Below, one piece after another: positions 29,188 to 39,580 of a DNA stretch of 64,000 nt (positions are counted from its first letter, which is position 1; each line of letters begins with the position of its first letter). The notes under the pieces are model-generated. The model was not told the DNA's origin, searched no databases, and saw nothing but the letters and a program-made list of their open reading frames with translations. The DNA is from a virus (taxonomy: Duplodnaviria; Caudoviricetes). Position numbers and translations under genes: made by a program. The DNA lies in IMG/VR virus record IMGVR_UViG_3300026549_000062, positions 1 through 64,000 of that record. One strand, written 5' to 3'.

Positions 29188-29943
29188 TTGATTACTAAAG
29201 ATGAAATAAGAAATATTGTAGAAATAACAAAGAATTTTTGGATACAGAAGAATATTACATTTACTCCGTATATAAACGTAATAGATATAAGTGGGTTAAA
29301 TTTTGGAAAGTCTAATATCATTTATGGTATATGCTTATTTAATAATATAGGAATAGATATAGACAATATAGAGCATTTGATTAATGTAGAAAATCTTAAT
29401 AGAGAAAGATATTTAGGATTCATAATCCATATAGTAACTCATGAATTCTGCCATTTAGATCAAGATATATCTTATTATAAACTAAACAATATTCCAAGAT
29501 ATATACTAGAGAATGATTGTGAAGCAATGGCTATAAAGTATATAAAGTCTAACTATAATGAATTATGCAATGTATTTAATTGTAATATAGAGCAATATAC
29601 ACCTAGTAGATATAATGGATCTATAAATCATTCATATATAAGATATAATAGCATTCATTCTAAGATTAAGACTTATATATTCTCTATTCTATTAGATGGA
29701 ATAAATGAAAGTGATTATAAAAGAATGTGTGGTCTAAATCCAATGAAAAAGATCTATATATCTTATATACTAAATAATATTATTCAGAAAAATATATTAT
29801 TATTTGATCAAATCTATATAGTATCCGAAGAACTATTGAAATTCTTAGGATATCATGCAATGCAATATCTTATTATGAGAAGAAAATTTAATGTATTCAT
29901 AAAAGAATATGATGAAGCAGTTTATATTTACATAAAAGAATAA
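29188..29943 (+). CDS. HExxH zinc metallopeptidase-like early protein
   Basis: VTHEFCHLDQ followed by ENDCEAMA; early promoter at 29156; TTG start with GAGGAG RBS. Confidence 0.6.
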   Translation: MITKDEIRNIVEITKNFWIQKNITFTPYINVIDISGLNFGKSNIIYGICLFNNIGIDIDNIEHLINVENLNRERYLGFIIHIVTHEFCHLDQDISYYKLNNIPRYILENDCEAMAIKYIKSNYNELCNVFNCNIEQYTPSRYNGSINHSYIRYNSIHSKIKTYIFSILLDGINESDYKRMCGLNPMKKIYISYILNNIIQKNILLFDQIYIVSEELLKFLGYHAMQYLIMRRKFNVFIKEYDEAVYIYIKE

Positions 29944-29986
29944 CCTATATAGGATGGGATATTATTCCCATCCTATATAAATTTTT

Positions 29987-30808
29987 TCATAACAAGTTTA
30001 CCATATTAAAGGCCTTATTTTCTTTTATTTTTCTTTTTTCATAGTTTCTTATCTTGTCCCTCTTATAGACCACTATATTGTGATAAGAACTGTCAATCAT
30101 CGTTTTAATCGTTCCTAAGATATAGATATAATTGAGAGAATCTTTATTAAACCATGACTGCTGATATAACTTCATTACTATACTTTCAAATATATCAGCA
30201 ACGACGCTTTCAAAAGGAGATTTCCCTCCTTTCTTAACGTCAAAAAAGATTAAACTATAGAAATTTCTATAATCATTATTCTTAAGATAATCAAAGCATT
30301 TTATAGGAACTGTTCTAACATCTTTACTCAGGATCATATTATTCAGATTATCAAAATACATTGTTATTATCTTTTCACATATAGACGTTAGAATTATAAC
30401 GTTTAATTTATCTTTATGATCTATAGGTTGTGTAAAATATGGTTCTCTTGAAGAATCATATGCCTTGAATCTGCATTTGATACGATTTATAATTGTAAAT
30501 GTAAGGGAAATGGTTCTCCTTGCATAATATATTTCTTCTTTTATGTTTGATATATGAATCCTATTAACAAGAGCTATTAGCATTATAACTCCGATAAAGC
30601 ATGTAAATATAGATGCACTTATAATAGTTTCAAAATTAAAGCCTATACTAAGAATCAAAGAAGAAATTATTGGTAATATGATACCCATAGAAAGAAGAAG
30701 ACAGGTTAATGCTATTGTATAAGGTTCTAGACCCCATTTTATCTTAAAATGATTATACAATACCTCTAGTATTCGTTTATCTTCTTTTAGTTTTAATATG
30801 TAACCCAT
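29987..30808 (-). CDS. Membrane protein (two N-terminal TM helices)
   Basis: Hydrophobic segments ALTCLLLSMGIILPIISSLILSIG and IISASIFTCFIGVIMLIALV. Confidence 0.7.
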   Translation of the reverse strand: MGYILKLKEDKRILEVLYNHFKIKWGLEPYTIALTCLLLSMGIILPIISSLILSIGFNFETIISASIFTCFIGVIMLIALVNRIHISNIKEEIYYARRTISLTFTIINRIKCRFKAYDSSREPYFTQPIDHKDKLNVIILTSICEKIITMYFDNLNNMILSKDVRTVPIKCFDYLKNNDYRNFYSLIFFDVKKGGKSPFESVVADIFESIVMKLYQQSWFNKDSLNYIYILGTIKTMIDSSYHNIVVYKRDKIRNYEKRKIKENKAFNMVNLL

Positions 30809-30819
30809 GATACATTCCT

Positions 30820-31590
30820 CTATTCAAATTTCTTTATATGGTCAATAACCTCGTTAATCATATTAGTATAATTTTCAGAGTCCGTAAGGGTTCCATCCCA
30901 AATATCTATAACTGTAATAGGAGATTGATTAATAGTAAGAATTTTAGACTCTTCTATATACATTTTGTATATAGACTTAATACTCTCTTCCTTGTCATTA
31001 TACTCATTACTAGACCTTTCTTTAGCATGTTTTAAAACAACGTGCAAAGGGGGCAATATTAAGAACAACTCATCTATGGATACTTGAGTTGAACAATAAT
31101 ATTTACTTATAATGTCCAGGTCACCCATTTTTTCCATTTCTTTATAGAGAGTACCACCATTGAGTTTATTGTATACAATGGTTGATAATATAGATCTATC
31201 TACAATATACATTGAGTATACATCGTCTTGTTTATATATCTTAGATGATTTGGATTCTATTTTATTAAATGCATCTAACTGGTTTATGATATTTAGTGAT
31301 TGAAGAATATCCGTTGGATAATTCTTGTATTCATCTGTAAGAAGACTTCTTATAAACGAATATCCATAAGAATTCTTATCAGGAAGACAAAGAGAGTTAA
31401 TCTCTATATCTGTATTATCTATTTCTTCTTCTTTAAGTGTTTTCACTATAGTATCAGTCATAGTTGTTTTTCCACAGCCATCTACGCCTTCAAGAATGAA
31501 TACTTTAGGATCTACAAATATAGAACCGTCTTCATCTTCATAATAATCTGTTTCTTTATGGAAATATTTAATATTACCCACGAATTTCAT
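30820..31590 (-). CDS. tmk: Thymidylate-kinase family dNMP kinase
   Basis: P-loop ILEGVDGCGKTT, QSL...NQLD, VDRSILSTIVY. Confidence 0.85.
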   Translation of the reverse strand: MKFVGNIKYFHKETDYYEDEDGSIFVDPKVFILEGVDGCGKTTMTDTIVKTLKEEEIDNTDIEINSLCLPDKNSYGYSFIRSLLTDEYKNYPTDILQSLNIINQLDAFNKIESKSSKIYKQDDVYSMYIVDRSILSTIVYNKLNGGTLYKEMEKMGDLDIISKYYCSTQVSIDELFLILPPLHVVLKHAKERSSNEYNDKEESIKSIYKMYIEESKILTINQSPITVIDIWDGTLTDSENYTNMINEVIDHIKKFE

Positions 31591-32662
31591 CCTCCCCAAT
31601 CTCCTCATCTACATAGATATCGTTATCTTCTGAAAATGATTTACATAGAGATCCCTCAGAAGAGAGTTTGTTATTATTATCAAAATATCTTAAAAATAAG
31701 AAAGTATTATCATTGTTAGGAGTAAATACAATAACTTTCCTATCATCATAAAACTCTCCTACTTTATCCATGTTATCCATGAAAGAGAGTATATTTTTTC
31801 TTGTATTCATTCTCCCATTACTTACTAATTTACAAACCATCTTACTATTTAAATCAGGCATCTTATTATTTAATATGATACCAAGATAAGCTATATGAAC
31901 AGGATCTGCTAAAGAATCCTTAATATAATCCATTACAGTTATACTTTTAGATATATTCATCTTTCTCATTAATTCTTCTACCAAATCCCAAGTATTAGAA
32001 TAAATCTTTGGTATAAATGAGAAATTCTTTAATAAACTCTTAGCTTGATTATCTAATGAATCATCAGCATCTTTGAATATCTTATTTATATAATCATAAT
32101 TGAATGGTTTGATCTTAAAGAGTTCATCTTTACATTCTCTTATTATAGCAGCTGCATTATAAATTGTTATTATATTATAAACTTCATTGATAGATCTATA
32201 AAGAAGTTTTAAATCTATCTTAAACTTTACAGCCATTTGAGGTCCTTCTTGTTTCTCTAGATCTGTGAGTTTCTTATTCATATTTCTAGAGATTACATCT
32301 AGAGATAGATTATGACTATTCTTTTCTCTATCTGTAGTATTCATGCTCAGTTCAGTGCATAAGCAGAGAAGAATAACAGACCTCATCTTTTCAAACCATT
32401 CTTCGTCTTTTTTAAATTCTCCTAATTCACTTACTTTAACAGAATCTTTTATTACATTATCTATATTGAATACAAATTTGTTAGTATCGAATCTTATCAT
32501 ACTAGAAATTCCAACAACATCTTTAAACTCTATTGTTTTATTTGATACTATAGTATTTGCCAAATATGTATCTCTTATTAGATTATAGTATCTTCTTGTA
32601 GAATACTTAAGGCTATTTAATTCTCTTTGAGTTAATTGAATCATTAAGATCTCTTCTTTCAA
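31574..32662 (-). CDS. Hypothetical protein
   Basis: 362 aa ORF overlapping the tmk start. Confidence 0.75.
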   Translation of the reverse strand: MKEEILMIQLTQRELNSLKYSTRRYYNLIRDTYLANTIVSNKTIEFKDVVGISSMIRFDTNKFVFNIDNVIKDSVKVSELGEFKKDEEWFEKMRSVILLCLCTELSMNTTDREKNSHNLSLDVISRNMNKKLTDLEKQEGPQMAVKFKIDLKLLYRSINEVYNIITIYNAAAIIRECKDELFKIKPFNYDYINKIFKDADDSLDNQAKSLLKNFSFIPKIYSNTWDLVEELMRKMNISKSITVMDYIKDSLADPVHIAYLGIILNNKMPDLNSKMVCKLVSNGRMNTRKNILSFMDNMDKVGEFYDDRKVIVFTPNNDNTFLFLRYFDNNNKLSSEGSLCKSFSEDNDIYVDEEIGEDEIRG

Positions 32663-32707
32663 TTTGAAGTATGGATAGCCAAAAAATTCGGCTATCCATA
32701 TGTAATC

Positions 32708-33604
32708 TTAAAATAATTTATTGATCTCGTTGATTAGTTCTTTCTGTACTGATTGCTCTAGACTTAACTCTACAGTGTTTCCATCTTTTGTTTTCATTGT
32801 AACAAGATCCATATTTGGGTTTATTTTCATTGATTCATATAGAACGTCAAATGTATTCATAGCAAGTTTAACATTAGCAGACTCTGTTACAATATAATTA
32901 CTTATCTGGCTCTGTGTTAGAGGAATCTGAATAGTTGATTCCATTACAGGAGAATTGCCCTTTTGGGCTTGCTTATTAATCTCCATTGCTTTAGAGAAAT
33001 AATAATCATCTGGATCTATATTGTATACATTGTATTTTACAGGTTCAGCAACAACAGATTCTGTTGTTACAATCTTTGTAGTATAAGCTTTAGAGTGCGA
33101 TGGGAAATATACACGATCGTATGTGATCATCTGCATATTTCTAACAGTCATTCTACCTCCTTCATTAACAAGAGAACCAAGAGCTCTTAGAGAGAATGAA
33201 GGATGTTGCCCACGTTTAAGATCTTCATTGAATGATCTACCAAGATCATTAGAAGTACCAGTAAAATGAGCTTTTACTAGATCTCCTTCCATCCAAATCT
33301 TCTTATACCAGACTTGAACATTAGTTGGATCTATTTTAGCCTGTCTCTGTAATGATGCATCTGATGGATGTCCTGCTTCACCCATTAGATTTCCAGTAGT
33401 CATAAGTTCTACAATACGTGGAGAATGTATTGCTCTATTAAGTTCTTCTGTAGGATAATAACGCTTATTTCTATTTACAGCATTACCATTCTGAAGAACT
33501 CCTTCAGCTAGAACAAAACCAGATTTATCTTCGCTTTTTATTTTAAATTCAACAGCATCGGATACCTCTTCACTAAGAAGGTACCCAACTATATTATCTT
33601 TCAT
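32708..33604 (-). CDS. Prohead core protease, T4 gp21-like
   Basis: GVLQNGNAVNRNKRYYP, GEAGHP (His), PSFSLRALGS (Ser), TYDRVYFPS; late motif 33643-33654. Confidence 0.9.
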   Translation of the reverse strand: MKDNIVGYLLSEEVSDAVEFKIKSEDKSGFVLAEGVLQNGNAVNRNKRYYPTEELNRAIHSPRIVELMTTGNLMGEAGHPSDASLQRQAKIDPTNVQVWYKKIWMEGDLVKAHFTGTSNDLGRSFNEDLKRGQHPSFSLRALGSLVNEGGRMTVRNMQMITYDRVYFPSHSKAYTTKIVTTESVVAEPVKYNVYNIDPDDYYFSKAMEINKQAQKGNSPVMESTIQIPLTQSQISNYIVTESANVKLAMNTFDVLYESMKINPNMDLVTMKTKDGNTVELSLEQSVQKELINEINKLF

Positions 33605-33709
33605 ATAAATCACCTTATCTAGTACTAAGTAAGTAATGTCATTATTACAATGTCTGGAAAATGGGAGTATGCCATTTTAGCATACTCCCTGTAATTATAA
33701 TATATAAAA

Positions 33710-34219
33710 TTATTTATGATTCTTATTATTGTTATGATTATTGTAGTTCTTGCTATTATTGTTATTCTGTGAAGTAACAGTAGCCTTGATATCAGCTTTG
33801 ACCTCTGTTTTAACTTCTTCTTTCTTTTCTTCCTTAGCTGGAGCAGTTTCTTCTTTAAGAGCAACTTTTACATTATTCTGTTTATTGTTCTTCTTACTGC
33901 TCTTACCATAAAAAGAGACCGTATCAACAACTTTACCAGACTGATCTGTAATATTAACATTATTCTTTGAATAAGACTTAATATTGGTTGCAGCAACAGC
34001 ACTCTCTGGAACAGTCGAGATACCATTTTCTGTGTTGTAATTATTAAAGTCTAGAGGAACTGTTTTACCACCAAGAAGAACCTCTTCTACTAGAGCCTTG
34101 TTTTCTATGCAGACTTTAATAGCTTCTGAATCTAGAATAACACCAACACAATTACCGGCAAATGGAATACCATTAATGGAGAACGGGCGATAACATGAAA
34201 TATTTACCTTCTTAAGCAT
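33710..34219 (-). CDS. Hypothetical late protein with low-complexity Lys/Asn tail
   Basis: AGGAGG RBS; late motif 34252-34263. Confidence 0.75.
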   Translation of the reverse strand: MLKKVNISCYRPFSINGIPFAGNCVGVILDSEAIKVCIENKALVEEVLLGGKTVPLDFNNYNTENGISTVPESAVAATNIKSYSKNNVNITDQSGKVVDTVSFYGKSSKKNNKQNNVKVALKEETAPAKEEKKEEVKTEVKADIKATVTSQNNNNSKNYNNHNNNKNHK

Positions 34220-34274
34220 TTACTATAAACCTCCTAAAAAATGAAAAAGATTATCTTACTGTTGACTATGTAAA

Positions 34275-34466
34275 TTAATAGTCATAGTTTGGATCTTGCT
34301 GGTCTACCATATCTATCATATTAAAATCTGGATTCGAGTACATAAGATCATCTTCTGCTTCATTACCTTCATCTATATCCATATCAGCAACTAGCATAGC
34401 AGGATCATTAATTATTTCGTCTCTAAATCTTCCATCATCCATTGAATCTATTATATCTTGATCCAT
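34275..34466 (-). CDS. Small acidic late protein
   Basis: Asp/Met-rich; GAGGTG RBS before ATG 34466. Confidence 0.65.
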   Translation of the reverse strand: MDQDIIDSMDDGRFRDEIINDPAMLVADMDIDEGNEAEDDLMYSNPDFNMIDMVDQQDPNYDY

Positions 34467-34478
34467 GTTTATCACCTC

Positions 34479-34634
34479 TTAAAATAGCTGATCATCATCC
34501 ACTACAGAATCTGTTTCTTCATCATAACCAATCATAGTATCTATAGCTTGTTTAAAAGAATATTTATCTTGTAAATCTACTCTGTCTTCTTCTAACATAT
34601 TTTGAAGAAGAACTTCATCAACAGCTTTTGACAT
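34479..34634 (-). CDS. Small acidic late protein (51 aa)
   Basis: MSKAVDEVLLQNMLEEDRVD...DDDQLF; AAGGAGG RBS; late motif 34659-34670. Confidence 0.65.
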   Translation of the reverse strand: MSKAVDEVLLQNMLEEDRVDLQDKYSFKQAIDTMIGYDEETDSVVDDDQLF

Positions 34635-34749
34635 TATAAGTCCTCCTTTTGACTTAATTACTTAAATGTGGGATAGTAAATTTTCTTTGAAATACATACT
34701 ATAGAAATGATGGTATTATATATAGTGGCATTTTAGGAGGTAATCTTTT

Positions 34750-35196
34750 ATGTTTTTAAGTGGAGTTAAAAGAAAAAAATATATATTCGAAAAGGAAAAA
34801 CTTATTAGAAGTATAACCGATATGAAGAATATACTAAATATTTACAAAAATATTAAAAATGAAGATGAATTAGATAAATACATAATATCTCTAAATTTAA
34901 ACGAATGCAGGATAAGAGATATTTTAGGATCTTATTATCCAATTTCAGAAATAATAAATATAAATCCTCCAGAATATTTAAAAAACACATTCGAAGAAAA
35001 TAAAAAAATTGTTGATATATTGGAAAAAGAAAAAGATGCATTTTATAATGAATTTTATGAGTTTTTATGTATATCTTCCGACTTTTATAAAAAAGCATTT
35101 AAGAATAATTTCATAGATTATCCATACAATTTAATAAATGAAGAAGTAAAGAAAATAATAATCTATAGTTTTAGTAGAGGGATGTTCGACTATTAA
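34750..35196 (+). CDS. Small helical partner of the TGase-like module, paralog 2
   Basis: FYKKAFKNNFIDYPYNLI motif; early promoter at ~34694. Confidence 0.75.
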   Translation: MFLSGVKRKKYIFEKEKLIRSITDMKNILNIYKNIKNEDELDKYIISLNLNECRIRDILGSYYPISEIININPPEYLKNTFEENKKIVDILEKEKDAFYNEFYEFLCISSDFYKKAFKNNFIDYPYNLINEEVKKIIIYSFSRGMFDY

Positions 35197-35217
35197 TCAA
35201 ATAGGAAGGGTAATAAA

Positions 35218-36054
35218 ATGATAAATATAAATTTTAGTGATTCATTTAAATCTTTGTGTGAAAATTATCAATTTGAGAATCCAAAAATGCTTATTAAATT
35301 TATAAATGATAATTTAGCACATGATGGATCTATTACAGGGGATTATAATATTCATAATATTCAATGGCCCGAAATGTTATTGAAATCATGCATTGGTAAT
35401 TGTATAGATTTATCAGTATTTGTTTATTATGTATATTACTATTTAAAGAATCTTCCATTTAAGAAATATAAATATGATGCATGTATACTTTTAATGAATA
35501 TATTGGCATTATCTATAGAAGATATGAGTAATAAAGAAAATGTTTATAGATTCTTTTCACATGCAGTTCCAATAATAAAAATCAATGATGATTTTTATGA
35601 AGTGAACTGTGATTCATATTTCTCTAAAAATGGTATGAAAATAAGAGATTCCAACTATATAGGGCCGTTCAAATCTTTTGAAGATGCTGCTAATAAAATA
35701 TTTGGGTATTTTCAATCTACTATATTAAAATATAATGAAGGAAATTTTAAGAATTTTGAAAATAAACAATATGAAAAATATTGTTTACTTTATGAAAAAG
35801 ATATGAATTATATAAGTAGCTTTTATGGGAAAGAGAATATAAGGTAAAAAGATTTATTAAATAATATACCAAAAGCTAGAGAAATGCAATATCTATTCGA
35901 TTCTGTAGTAAAAACAGTTAGTACTAATGTAATATATATGCCAACAAACAATAATACCTATCGTATGATGAAATATTTAGGTTTTACAAAGTACAGTATA
36001 AATAAAAATCTAAAATCATCATATTATAAAACAAAATTATTTAAATCAAAATAA
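35218..36054 (+). pseudogene. Transglutaminase-like protein, paralog 2, interrupted by an in-frame TAA at 35845-35847
   Basis: WPEMLLKSCIGNCIDLS and SHAVP; the frame continues 68 codons past the TAA to ...SSYYKTKLFKSK*, matching paralog 3 ...NSYIKTKMFKCQ*. Confidence 0.65.
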
Positions 36055-36184
36055 TAGAACAACAAATATATAAGCGATCAATATTCAAACATGCTTCGCT
36101 TCTTCTTTTATTCCATGGATGCTGTAATAGCATCCATGGTCTTAATGTGTAAAATATAAATATCTGTACAAAGGAGTGTTGAAT

Positions 36185-36811
36185 ATGTATAGACTTGTTA
36201 TGCATAACAAGCCAAAAGATCCAGTTTATGATGAACAAATCATAGATACAGTTTTATATGAAGGAGATGATGTAGAAAAACTAATGTATCTATATACGTG
36301 TTACAATTATTTCTATAAAGATAAAGAAAATTATACATTAGAAGCAACTAAACATGAAAATCTAAATATTCCAGATGTAGATATGCTTCTTATGTGTGTT
36401 CAAAAAGCATATATGGATAATGGAAGAATTATGAGATTTGAACAATATGATCTTATTCATGAAGATGGATATCTAAAAAATGATGAAGCAGTAAATAGAG
36501 CTTTAGATAGAGTTATTAAAAATAGCTTCCAAAATTATTGTGTATTAGATAAAGATGGTAACGTTGTAGATATTCCTGTGGATATTACAATTCCAAAAAA
36601 TTATAAAGATATTCTTCCAGAAGAGAAAGTCTTTAAAGTATATAAGGTAGAAGATCCAAGAAATGTTAACAAAGAAGATTTGAATAATAATCCAGATATA
36701 CTGGTTGCATGGAAACATGTATATGTAAAGCCATCTAATATAAATGTAGTAAAGCTTAATTGTTTTAATATGTTACAAACTATCATTGAATCATACGTTG
36801 AAAGAAAATAA
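36185..36811 (+). CDS. Hypothetical protein
   Basis: AAGGAG RBS; terminator 36822-36845. Confidence 0.75.
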   Translation: MYRLVMHNKPKDPVYDEQIIDTVLYEGDDVEKLMYLYTCYNYFYKDKENYTLEATKHENLNIPDVDMLLMCVQKAYMDNGRIMRFEQYDLIHEDGYLKNDEAVNRALDRVIKNSFQNYCVLDKDGNVVDIPVDITIPKNYKDILPEEKVFKVYKVEDPRNVNKEDLNNNPDILVAWKHVYVKPSNINVVKLNCFNMLQTIIESYVERK

Positions 36812-36869
36812 ATAGTATAATAGGAGTAGACTAATTGTCTACTCCTATTATTTTGTATTTGAAAGGAAA

Positions 36870-37343
36870 ATGTATATGTCATGTTTAGATATCTATAAAG
36901 CAAATTTTAAATATAATTTTGATAAAAAAGAAATTATAAGTTCTCTAAAAATAATGCTATCTATAATCAAAACTTACAATTCTGGAAATTATAATTATGA
37001 ATATATAATTTCACTAGATCTATCAGATATAATGTGTTATAATGTATTATCTTATCACTATTACAATGTATTTGAAAATCCTAATGATAAAGCTGTGAAC
37101 GTAATAAAAAATAGGAATAATATTATCATTTATGAATTATTGACTAATCATAAAGATGATTTTTATAATATCTTTTCTAAATATTGTTTTAGCAAATCAA
37201 AGAATTTTTATATAGAAGCAATTAGAAACAAATTCTCTGAATATCCGTACAATTTGATAAAAGAAAGAAATAGGAAAATAGTGTTTAATCTTCTATTTGG
37301 TGATTTTTACGATTATTCAAAGGGGAAGTTATCATTATGGTAA
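36870..37343 (+). CDS. Small helical partner of the TGase-like module, paralog 3
   Basis: FYIEAIRNKFSEYPYNLI motif; overlaps the start of the TGase-like gene. Confidence 0.75.
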   Translation: MYMSCLDIYKANFKYNFDKKEIISSLKIMLSIIKTYNSGNYNYEYIISLDLSDIMCYNVLSYHYYNVFENPNDKAVNVIKNRNNIIIYELLTNHKDDFYNIFSKYCFSKSKNFYIEAIRNKFSEYPYNLIKERNRKIVFNLLFGDFYDYSKGKLSLW

Positions 37344-38191
37344 TTTATTCTAAGGAATTCTCTGAATTTTGTGATTCACTAAATTTAGACGATCCAGGAA
37401 AATTAATAGATTTTTTAAACAACAATATATATCATGATGGAACATTTTTTGATCCATCATTAGGTAGATTGAATAGTAAACATATAATGCAATGGCCAGA
37501 ATTAACTATAAAGAAAAGATGCGGGGATTGCGTAGATTTAGCCTACTTAGTATATTCTATTTATCAATATTTCAAATCTAGACCATTATTGAATAGATAT
37601 GATTCTGCAATAATGCTTTTAATATCAGTAGCTACAACAATTGATGATTTGAGTAATAGAAATAATGATAAGAGGATTTTTGCACATGCTATTCCTATGA
37701 TAAGTCTAGATGATGATGTTTATATTGTAAACTGCGATTCATGCTACGATAATAAAGGGAACAAAATAAAAAATTCATCTTTATTTGGTTCATTTAAATC
37801 TTTTGATTTAGCATCAGGAAAATTATTTGAACTTTGGCAATTGGAAGTAACCAAAATAGAACATAGTCCAATTTTATTCAAAGGGCAAAGATATTTACAA
37901 TATTGTGTATTGTATGAAAAAGACTTAGAACCAATAGATAAATATTATGGAAATACTATGATGTACCAAGGAGAAATACTAAATAAAATATATAAAGTAC
38001 AAGTTATAACCAAAAATATAGAAGAGTCTTTAAATATGACTATCAAAACAGGCATGTCTGATAGAGTTACATATGTTAATATGCATCTAAACAATAAAAA
38101 GGTTGCAAAATTCTTTAATCAAACTATGCAATCTATAAAGAGAGATTATAAAAACTCTTATATTAAAACTAAAATGTTTAAATGTCAATAA
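37337..38191 (+). CDS. Transglutaminase-like protein, paralog 3
   Basis: QWPELTIKKRCGDCVDLA, FAHAIPMI, VNCD. Confidence 0.7.
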   Translation: MVIYSKEFSEFCDSLNLDDPGKLIDFLNNNIYHDGTFFDPSLGRLNSKHIMQWPELTIKKRCGDCVDLAYLVYSIYQYFKSRPLLNRYDSAIMLLISVATTIDDLSNRNNDKRIFAHAIPMISLDDDVYIVNCDSCYDNKGNKIKNSSLFGSFKSFDLASGKLFELWQLEVTKIEHSPILFKGQRYLQYCVLYEKDLEPIDKYYGNTMMYQGEILNKIYKVQVITKNIEESLNMTIKTGMSDRVTYVNMHLNNKKVAKFFNQTMQSIKRDYKNSYIKTKMFKCQ

Positions 38192-38354
38192 CAAATAATT
38201 AATAGGATAATTTGTAAAAATCAACCTATTTCTTTCTTTTAAAAGGGGTAGTGGAAATTCCACTACCCCTATTTATGTGTAAAAATCAATATTTTTAGTT
38301 ACATACTATAGCGGTGCAAAGTCAACAATATATAAAGATAAGGAGTTGTTTATC

Positions 38355-38621
38355 ATGTATTTTGGTATGTTCTCTGGCGATGCTCTTGTTGATTTCCTTC
38401 TGTTTTCGTACCTGATGGTGACGGTTGTTTATAACACTGTCACCCATCGTTGGAAGGAATACTTCAAGGAGGGATGGTATGGTATGAACTGTCCTGAATG
38501 CTTGAACGCTATGTGGAATCTGAAAATCACAAAGATCTTCCGCGTGGCTCTTGTCGTGATTCTTCAGGGAATCATTGATTTCGTTTCTCTCTCCGTCCAA
38601 ATTATCAAAGGGCGGAGATGA
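38355..38621 (+). CDS. Small early membrane protein
   Basis: Early promoter 38278-38315; AAGGAG RBS; hydrophobic helices. Confidence 0.75.
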   Translation: MYFGMFSGDALVDFLLFSYLMVTVVYNTVTHRWKEYFKEGWYGMNCPECLNAMWNLKITKIFRVALVVILQGIIDFVSLSVQIIKGRR

Positions 38622-38734
38622 GAAACAAAAACAACGAAATGGCGGGACTTCGGTCTCGTCATTTTTGCCTTAATAGCCTAATTCTGACATAATGATAAGA
38701 TAAACATTTTTTTAAATAAGGAGATGATTGGAGG

Positions 38735-39031
38735 GTGTTGGACGAAATTATAAATCCTGATAAACAGTATGAAGAACTTCTAACAGACAATAGTAAATAT
38801 AAGATAAGAGTGGATTTCTTAAAAGAAGAAGCAAAAGCATTTGTTAAATTAAAAACAATGATAGATAATTGCTCTAGTGAGAAATCATTCTTGGAAAATT
38901 TAGACGAAATGATCGGATTGTGTAATAAGATTAGAAGCGTGAGCTTAAACATACTGTATGATAAATACAAGATATATCAAATAAAGAAACGCAATTATAT
39001 AAGAAAACTAAGAGAAAAAATTCAAAGATGA
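38735..39031 (+). CDS. Hypothetical coiled-coil protein
   Basis: GGAGG RBS, TTG start, terminator 39033-39058. Confidence 0.65.
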   Translation: MLDEIINPDKQYEELLTDNSKYKIRVDFLKEEAKAFVKLKTMIDNCSSEKSFLENLDEMIGLCNKIRSVSLNILYDKYKIYQIKKRNYIRKLREKIQR

Positions 39032-39158
39032 TACACCTAGATCGAGTGATCTAGGTGTTAAAATTGTTTGTAAATATATTTTTTTCATTTACATACTATA
39101 GTAGTGATAGCAGTACAAGATACGTAAGACTATCGTATACTATATAGGAGGAATAGTT

Positions 39159-39458
39159 ATGACAAGAACCGAAATGGATCTGTTCGGTCAGCTCCTCAGT
39201 CACAGTGCTGATGGATCAATGGCCGAAATGGGGGATATCCACAGTTTGTGCGACCATATCTCCGAATTCGGACTCCGCGACGAACTCCAGTACAAGATCG
39301 CCAAACTCGCATTGGTGAACTGGGTTGGTTCTACCCCTATGAGCGATATTAATCGTGACCGTCAGTTGATCAAGGCTGCAGTTGAGTATTACGAGCTCCG
39401 CCACGACATCAGCCAGCAGAAGAGAGAGCTTAGCGATATAGACATCTTCTACTACTAA
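39159..39458 (+). CDS. Small early protein
   Basis: Early promoter 39067-39105; AGGAGG RBS. Confidence 0.8.
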   Translation: MTRTEMDLFGQLLSHSADGSMAEMGDIHSLCDHISEFGLRDELQYKIAKLALVNWVGSTPMSDINRDRQLIKAAVEYYELRHDISQQKRELSDIDIFYY

Positions 39459-39580
39459 TTTCAGTAGAAAGAAGGAAAATGAACTTGAGGAGTCATTTGT
39501 ATAGTGACTCCTTATTTTTTATTAAATTTAGTTTCATTTACATACTATAATACTGAAAGTATATCATTAAGGAGGTAAAA

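Noticed and set aside
17864-38191. RiPP (lasso-type) pathway linking the MxYxNF peptides to the transglutaminase-like proteases
   Set aside because: The genes are unlinked, there is no cyclase or modifying enzyme in the window, and the peptides lack lasso leader features
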